Positions 26,962 to 32,000 of a stretch of 32,000 bases of DNA are shown piece after piece. The position numbers were made by a program, and so were the translations under genes. The stretch comes from Methanothermobacter marburgensis str. Marburg (lineage in GTDB: Archaea > Methanobacteriota > Methanobacteria > Methanobacteriales > Methanothermobacteraceae): assembly GCF_000145295.1 (NCBI RefSeq), contig NC_014408.1:150001-182000 (forward strand), written 5' to 3'. The notes under the pieces were generated by a model, which worked only from the letters and a program-made list of their open reading frames with translations, searched no databases and had not been told where the DNA came from. Each line of letters starts with the position of its first letter. Position 1 is the first letter of the stretch.

Positions 26962-28091
26962 AGGTTTTCAAGGCACTCCTCCATGAGTATCTCTGCATCC
27001 TCATTTTCAGGGTTTAACTGGAAGGCCCTGCTGAATGAATCCAGGGCCTCCTCAAATCTTTCAAGTTCCAGCAGCGCAACACCCAGGTTGGTCCAGTAGA
27101 CATCATTCTCTGGATCCATTTCAATGGCCCTTCTGTAGCATTCAGCGGCCTCTTCAAATCTTTCAAGCTCAAGAAGGGCGTTGCCCTTACGGTTCCAGAG
27201 ATGGGGGTCCTGTTCATCTTCAAGGGCCAGTTCAAGGGCATTGTTGTAGGATTCAAGGGCATCCTCCATCCTTCCAAGTTCTGAGAGCAGGTTTCCCCTT
27301 GCTGTCCATAATTCAGCATTCCGGGGGTCCCTTTCAATTGCCTTCTCATAGAATTCAAGGGCTTCAACCGGTTTTTCAGCCACCTCGAGCATAACACCCC
27401 TCCAGTAAAGCAGGGCAGGGTCATGGGGCCTTATCTTCAGGGCCCTTGAACTGGCCTCAAGCGCCTCATCCACTTCACCCGCATTCAGGAGGGTTATGGC
27501 CATGTTGTTCCATATATATGGATTTTCGGGATCTATTCTTATGGCTCTCCTGTAGTTTTCAAGGGCTTCATCGAATCTCCCAAGCCTTGTGAGATTGTCT
27601 GCCAGTCTGTTGAGCACGTAAACATCGTCAGGGTCAATGCGGAGGGCTGCAGTATAACAAAGGCGGGATTTATTGAATTTTCCTGAATCAAAGAGTATGT
27701 CAGCCCTCCGGGTTATCATGGCCTTTTCATCGATCTTTTTGCCCTCCCATTCCTCCACTGGCAGTTTCCTGAACCTTATAACCTGGAATTCGGTTTCATC
27801 ATCCACGTCACCCTGATACATCCTTTTGAATTCTTCCTCCAGTTCCCTGGCGTCCCTGAAACCATCCTCCCTTGCCAGTTCATCGTTTTTCCTGAGCTCA
27901 CCGAACCTGACGGTTTCAACGTCTGTGACCACTGCCTCGAATACCTTCTCTCGGTCCTTGGAGACAAGGTTCCAGTAACAGTGAAGGCGATCACCCGCCC
28001 TGAGGGGTCTCTTCCATTTCCGGCGTATTGTCATGGTCCTTTTTCCGGTTACAAGGTCAATGTCCCTGCTGCTGAATGATAGTATGGGCAA
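26958..28091 (-). CDS. ASCH (PUA-like) domain fused to about 7 TPR repeats
   Basis: The N-terminal ~115 aa carry GKRTMTIRRKW...GDRL, which is ASCH-like. The C-terminal ~250 aa are 34-aa TPR units (repeated A-x-x-x-Y-x-x-A-I-x-x-D-P-x-N). The stop overlaps the convergent mutase stop within CTAG. Confidence 0.7.
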   Translation of the reverse strand: MPILSFSSRDIDLVTGKRTMTIRRKWKRPLRAGDRLHCYWNLVSKDREKVFEAVVTDVETVRFGELRKNDELAREDGFRDARELEEEFKRMYQGDVDDETEFQVIRFRKLPVEEWEGKKIDEKAMITRRADILFDSGKFNKSRLCYTAALRIDPDDVYVLNRLADNLTRLGRFDEALENYRRAIRIDPENPYIWNNMAITLLNAGEVDEALEASSRALKIRPHDPALLYWRGVMLEVAEKPVEALEFYEKAIERDPRNAELWTARGNLLSELGRMEDALESYNNALELALEDEQDPHLWNRKGNALLELERFEEAAECYRRAIEMDPENDVYWTNLGVALLELERFEEALDSFSRAFQLNPENEDAEILMEECLENL

Positions 28092-28108
28092 TTTGGTATC
28101 TCCCCCGA

Positions 28109-28813
28109 TTACTGAATTTCTTCCTCTCCAAACTCCTCGGTACGTATCTTAACCTTCCGGAAATATTTTTTAATCTTCAGGGCAAGTTCCCTGAGCATGC
28201 GTGGTGATGGGGGCTCAAGGTCCTTCAGTTCTTCATCCAGGACAACCCTGTTTCTGAACTGCTGGATAACGTAGATGTCACAGTCTATGGACTCTGCGAT
28301 AATCTTAAGGTCCTCCCCGTCCATGAGGCCAGGCACAAAGGTTGTCCGGCACTCAACAGTAACATCTGAGCCTGCAAGAAGACGGAGACTCTCCCTCACA
28401 CCATCACATCTCGCACCTGCAAGTTCCCTGTAACGGTGGAAGGGGGCCTTCACATCCACTGCAACATAATCAAGTAAGGGCAGCAACCTCCTGAGGGCCC
28501 CAGGGGAGTAACCGTTGGTGTCAAGCTTTGTATGGAGTCCCAGGGAACGTGCGTGCTGTAGTACTACCTCAACATCGTCCACCTGGAGGAGGGGCTCGCC
28601 ACCACTCACCACGACGGCATCAACAAAGTCTGTGTATTTCTCCATATCCTCCAGGATATCTGAGAGATCAGCCTCCACCCCTCCATCTATGAGTTCAGGG
28701 TTATGGCAGTAGGGGCACCTGAAGTTACACCCTGCTGTGAATATCACAAGGGAGAGTTTACCTGGATATTCGAGGGTTGAAACTGCCATTGAACCTATTT
28801 TCATTGAAATCAC
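28109..28813 (-). CDS. Radical-SAM glycyl-radical-enzyme activase family protein (NrdG/PflA-like)
   Basis: CNFRCPYCHNPE is a C-x3-C-x2-C motif, and VVVSGGEPLLQ is present. The start is a GTG at 28813 or an ATG at 28804. It overlaps the hisC stop by 4 nt. Confidence 0.8.
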   Translation of the reverse strand: MISMKIGSMAVSTLEYPGKLSLVIFTAGCNFRCPYCHNPELIDGGVEADLSDILEDMEKYTDFVDAVVVSGGEPLLQVDDVEVVLQHARSLGLHTKLDTNGYSPGALRRLLPLLDYVAVDVKAPFHRYRELAGARCDGVRESLRLLAGSDVTVECRTTFVPGLMDGEDLKIIAESIDCDIYVIQQFRNRVVLDEELKDLEPPSPRMLRELALKIKKYFRKVKIRTEEFGEEEIQ

Positions 28814-29910
28814 GAAATGATCTCAGCGAGAACCTCAAGGAACCTTTTATCCTCCTCAAGGGTTCCAACACTCACCCTTATCCAGTACTCATCGAGACCT
28901 GAAAATGAGGTACAGTCCCTCACGATGATCCCCCTCCTTAGAAGCTCCTCTGCAAGTTCAGCGGCGGTTTTACCCGTACCCCTCACATCAAGGAGGATGT
29001 AGTTTGCATATGATTCAAATACCCTGAGGCTTTCAAAATTTTTAAGTTCCCCATACAGGTATTCCCTGCTCCTTATGGAGTACTCTGCAGATCTTTCCAG
29101 GTATTCCCTGTCCTGAAGGGTTGCAAGGGCCGCTGCATGGGATGGCCTTGTGAGGCTGAATACCGGTTTAACCCGGTGCATGTAATCTATAACCTCGGGG
29201 CTTCCGAGGCCGTAACCTATCCTCATGCCTGCAAGACCCATGACCTTCGAGAAGGTCCTCATTATAAAGATGTTCTCATGGTCAGATAAGAGGTCCACGT
29301 TGCTGACACCTGCAAATTCAAAGTAGGCTTCGTCAACAACCACAAGGGCGTCTGTGGACTCTGCAACAGCCTTTATATCCTTCTTATCTATAAGACCGCC
29401 TGTGGGGTTGTTGGGTGTGCATAGAAAGACCAGACGTGTTGAGTCATCAATCGCATCAAGGACCGATTCAAGGTCAAGGCGGTTCTCCTCAACATCCCAC
29501 CGCGCATGAACGGGTCTCGAATCATGTGCCTGGAGGGTGTATTCATAGTACATGTATGATGGCATCGGCACAACGAAGGCTTCTCCCGGGTCAATGAATG
29601 TTCTACCCAGTACATCAATGATCTCATCTGCACCGTCACCACCCACTATGACCTGGTCTCCATCTACGCCGGCATAATCTGCTATGGCTTCATGGAGGTC
29701 TTCAAGGTTTGATTCAGGGTACCTGTGGGCGGATTCGAGTTCCCTCTCCATCGCCTTAACCGCGGCTGGCGATGGACCCAGGGGGTTCTCATTGGACCCC
29801 AGCTTGATTATATCACTCTCTCTGAGGCCATAATTCTCTGCTATCTCCTTTATGGATCTTCCAGGTACATATGGCTCCATTTTATCAATTACCGGACGAA
29901 CTCTGACCAT
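28810..29910 (-). CDS. hisC: Histidinol-phosphate aminotransferase
   Basis: Class-II aminotransferase with GSNENPLGPSP, TPNNPTG and the PLP-Lys context RTFSKVMGLAGMRIGY. I prefer the ATG at 29910 over the TTG at 29925. Confidence 0.88.
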   Translation of the reverse strand: MVRVRPVIDKMEPYVPGRSIKEIAENYGLRESDIIKLGSNENPLGPSPAAVKAMERELESAHRYPESNLEDLHEAIADYAGVDGDQVIVGGDGADEIIDVLGRTFIDPGEAFVVPMPSYMYYEYTLQAHDSRPVHARWDVEENRLDLESVLDAIDDSTRLVFLCTPNNPTGGLIDKKDIKAVAESTDALVVVDEAYFEFAGVSNVDLLSDHENIFIMRTFSKVMGLAGMRIGYGLGSPEVIDYMHRVKPVFSLTRPSHAAALATLQDREYLERSAEYSIRSREYLYGELKNFESLRVFESYANYILLDVRGTGKTAAELAEELLRRGIIVRDCTSFSGLDEYWIRVSVGTLEEDKRFLEVLAEIIS

Positions 29911-29958
29911 AGAATCACTCTTCAACTCATGTTTACAGTTATAGACCCTGTTCGATTT

Positions 29959-30423
29959 TCAGTCTTTATATTCCTGCGCAAGGTGGAAGTACCTCTCTGC
30001 ATTCTCCCTTATGGACTCTATCTCATCATCATTGAGCTCCCTGACGGCCCTTGCAGGAACACCCATGATGAGACTTCGGGGCAGGAAACCCTTACCTGAG
30101 GTAACAACCGCGCCTGCACCGACAATTGAATTTTCAGCCACAAGGGCTCCGTTGAGGATGGTTGAATTCATGCCCACCAGCACATTATCCTGTATGGTGC
30201 AGCCATGGAGAACCGCGGCGTGACCCACAGAGACGTAATCCCCCACCTTCACAGGGTATCCTCTGCTTGCATGGACAACACAGTTATCCTGAATATTGGA
30301 ACGGTATCCTATCCTTATGGGTTCTATGTCACCCCTCAAAACAGCGTTGTACCACACAGATGAGCCATCACCTATCTCCACGTCCCCGATTATTCTGGCG
30401 CCTTCAAATACACGGTAATACAC
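29959..30423 (-). CDS. Gamma-class carbonic anhydrase-like / left-handed beta-helix (hexapeptide) protein
   Basis: 154 aa with hexapeptide repeats and the conserved His pattern (VHASRG...GHAAVLHGC) typical of the CamH/YrdA-like family. Confidence 0.8.
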   Translation of the reverse strand: MYYRVFEGARIIGDVEIGDGSSVWYNAVLRGDIEPIRIGYRSNIQDNCVVHASRGYPVKVGDYVSVGHAAVLHGCTIQDNVLVGMNSTILNGALVAENSIVGAGAVVTSGKGFLPRSLIMGVPARAVRELNDDEIESIRENAERYFHLAQEYKD

Positions 30424-30436
30424 GGTAAAACCACCA

Positions 30437-31702
30437 TCAGTCCCTTATAATGTACTCCTGTTTGAGTATCACAAGTTTATCAGAGGGCACATCCTCGTAT
30501 ATGACGCAGCCGGCACCAATACGGGAACCCTTCCCAACCTTGACACCGGGATTGAAGCTTGAGTTTATACCGGTCTTCACACCATCCCCGAAAACCGCTC
30601 CAAGTTTCCTGCGGCCCGTGTCCACAGACTCCTCCTTGACCCTCATACGTACCGGCCCATCATCAAAACGTAGATTGGCTATATTGGTACCGGCTGCTAT
30701 GTTGCAGTCTGCACCTATGACAGAGTCACCCACATAGCTGAGGTGGTTAACGTTGGTACCATCCATTATGATGGAATTCTTGATCTCAACAGCATTACCG
30801 ATGCTCACATTATTACCTATACATGTATGGGCACGGAGGTAACAGTTGGGTCCAATGTCACAGTCTTTACCGATGTAAACAGGGCCCTGGATGTAGGTAC
30901 CTGACCTTATAATGCTTCCATCACCCACCACCACCGGGCCGTGGATGGTCACACCATCCTCCACTTCACCATGGATGGACCTCTCAAGGCCCTTCATGAG
31001 CTTTTCACTGGCATCCAGGAGCTCCCATGGCCTTCCAACATCTATCCACTCCCTCTCTGATACTATGGCCCTTACTGGGAGGTCATCCCTCACCTGCATC
31101 ATTATGGTATCTGTTATCTCGTACTCTCCCCTCCGGGATAGGGGGGTCTGCTCTATGTAATCAAAGACAGCTGGACTGAACACATATATACCGGTATTTA
31201 TGAGGTTCCCGGCATCGACATCAGGGGACGGTTTTTCGATTATCTCCCGTACACGGTCACCCTCAAGCCTGACAGCCCCAAAGGAACTGGGGTCGGGAAC
31301 CTCACGGAGAACCATCAGGGTTTCGGGTTTCATATCACCGTAGGCGGATATCAGATCACCCACAAGCTGCGGGTCGGTTATTATGTCACCGTTCAGGACT
31401 ATGAACTCGTCACTCACCATACCTGCGGCCTGGCCTATTGCATGGGCTGTTCCAAGGCGTTCATCCTGTTTCACGTAGCTTATGTCAACCCCAAATTCGG
31501 ATCCGTCCCGGAAGTGGGACCTCACCACCTCCTCACGGTAACCGGTTATCATGATTATCTCACTGACACCGTTATCTCTGAGGGCATCCACACTGTACTC
31601 CACCATTGGTTTGCCTGCAACCGGCAGCATGGTCTTGGGCCTTGTAAGTGTGAGCGGCCGCATTCTTGTACCCTCACCAGCAGTCAGGACGACAGCCTCC
31701 AT
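30437..31702 (-). CDS. glmU: Bifunctional sugar-1-phosphate nucleotidyltransferase / acetyltransferase (archaeal GlmU-type)
   Basis: The N-terminal LTAGEGTRMRPLT is the nucleotidyltransferase motif, and the C-terminal domain is a long hexapeptide-repeat beta-helix. The gene lies 4 nt downstream of a phosphohexomutase gene, as in the archaeal UDP-GlcNAc pathway. Confidence 0.8.
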   Translation of the reverse strand: MEAVVLTAGEGTRMRPLTLTRPKTMLPVAGKPMVEYSVDALRDNGVSEIIMITGYREEVVRSHFRDGSEFGVDISYVKQDERLGTAHAIGQAAGMVSDEFIVLNGDIITDPQLVGDLISAYGDMKPETLMVLREVPDPSSFGAVRLEGDRVREIIEKPSPDVDAGNLINTGIYVFSPAVFDYIEQTPLSRRGEYEITDTIMMQVRDDLPVRAIVSEREWIDVGRPWELLDASEKLMKGLERSIHGEVEDGVTIHGPVVVGDGSIIRSGTYIQGPVYIGKDCDIGPNCYLRAHTCIGNNVSIGNAVEIKNSIIMDGTNVNHLSYVGDSVIGADCNIAAGTNIANLRFDDGPVRMRVKEESVDTGRRKLGAVFGDGVKTGINSSFNPGVKVGKGSRIGAGCVIYEDVPSDKLVILKQEYIIRD

Positions 31703-31706
31703 ATCA

Positions 31707-32000
31707 TCACCCTATCATATTTTCAAGGTAGGCACGGGTCTTCTCATGGATCTGACGGGCCTCCTCGTCGGTCTTGCCCTCAAGGGTTATCCTTATATAG
31801 GGTTCTGTTCCTGAGGGCCTCACAAGAACCCAGCTTCCATCCTCCATTGATATACGGACCCCATCTATCGTATTGATCTCTGCAGCGTCGGCGAATTCAC
31901 GGCTGAGTTCAGAGGCCACCATCTCCATCACGGCTCCCTTCCTATCATCGGGGCAGGGAACCTTATCCCTTATATTGGGGTAGGATGGCACCTCATCCAG
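31707..32000 (-). CDS. glmM: Phosphohexomutase C-terminal part, probably phosphoglucosamine mutase (gene continues beyond the window)
   Basis: RPSGTEPYIRITLEG is the C-terminal domain-4 motif of the PGM/PMM family. The frame stays open to base 32000. The GlmM assignment is inferred from adjacency to glmU. Confidence 0.7.
   Translation of the reverse strand: MDEVPSYPNIRDKVPCPDDRKGAVMEMVASELSREFADAAEINTIDGVRISMEDGSWVLVRPSGTEPYIRITLEGKTDEEARQIHEKTRAYLENMIG

Noticed and set aside
27014-27424. Overlapping long ORFs on both strands inside the TPR gene (27014-27424 minus, 27035-27394 plus)
   Set aside because: They are artefacts of the 102-bp periodic TPR repeat, which keeps alternative frames open. 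The translations are Pro/Gly/Trp-rich nonsense repeats.

Overview
This window reads as a core chromosomal segment of a thermophilic hydrogenotrophic methanogen, probably Methanothermobacter. From memory, the gene order matches the M. thermautotrophicus fwd, nif, glnA, thiC, lig, cab neighbourhood, but I cannot verify that here. It is almost fully coding, and I saw no mobile elements, CRISPR arrays or defence-island signatures.

Contents from left to right:
- The 3' end of the tungsten formylmethanofuran dehydrogenase operon (fwdC, fwdB).
- A complete archaeal nitrogenase operon, nifH-nifI1-nifI2-nifD-nifK-nifE-nifN-nifX. It is followed 10 nt later, with no terminator, by a molybdopterin (MopB) oxidoreductase of unknown substrate.
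- A minus-strand block: a ThiF-like E1 enzyme, glnA, the nitrogen repressor nrpR, and a 94-aa Cys protein followed by an unannotated 30-aa membrane micro-ORF.
- An intron-containing tRNA(CAT).
- A two-gene module of unknown function, encoding an internally duplicated Cys-rich protein and a possible DUF2099-like protein.
- A CBS-pair protein gene, thiC, and a glutaredoxin-like / FTR-rubredoxin / ArsR-like redox operon.
- ATP-dependent DNA ligase, an OB-fold membrane protein, the beta-class carbonic anhydrase Cab, and a membrane protein that may be a GT-C-type glycosyltransferase.
- A PGM/PMM mutase, an ASCH-TPR fusion, a radical-SAM activase, hisC, a gamma-CA-like protein, glmU and a partial glmM-like gene.

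Perfect GGAA-N6-TTCC NrpR-type operators sit in both the nifH and glnA promoters.

Nothing here is clearly a new system. The best candidates for undescribed biology are:
- the MopB enzyme appended to the nif operon;
- the Cys-rich / DUF2099-like pair;
- the 94-aa plus 30-aa micro-operon downstream of nrpR;
- the conserved 21-bp direct repeats upstream of the nif promoter.
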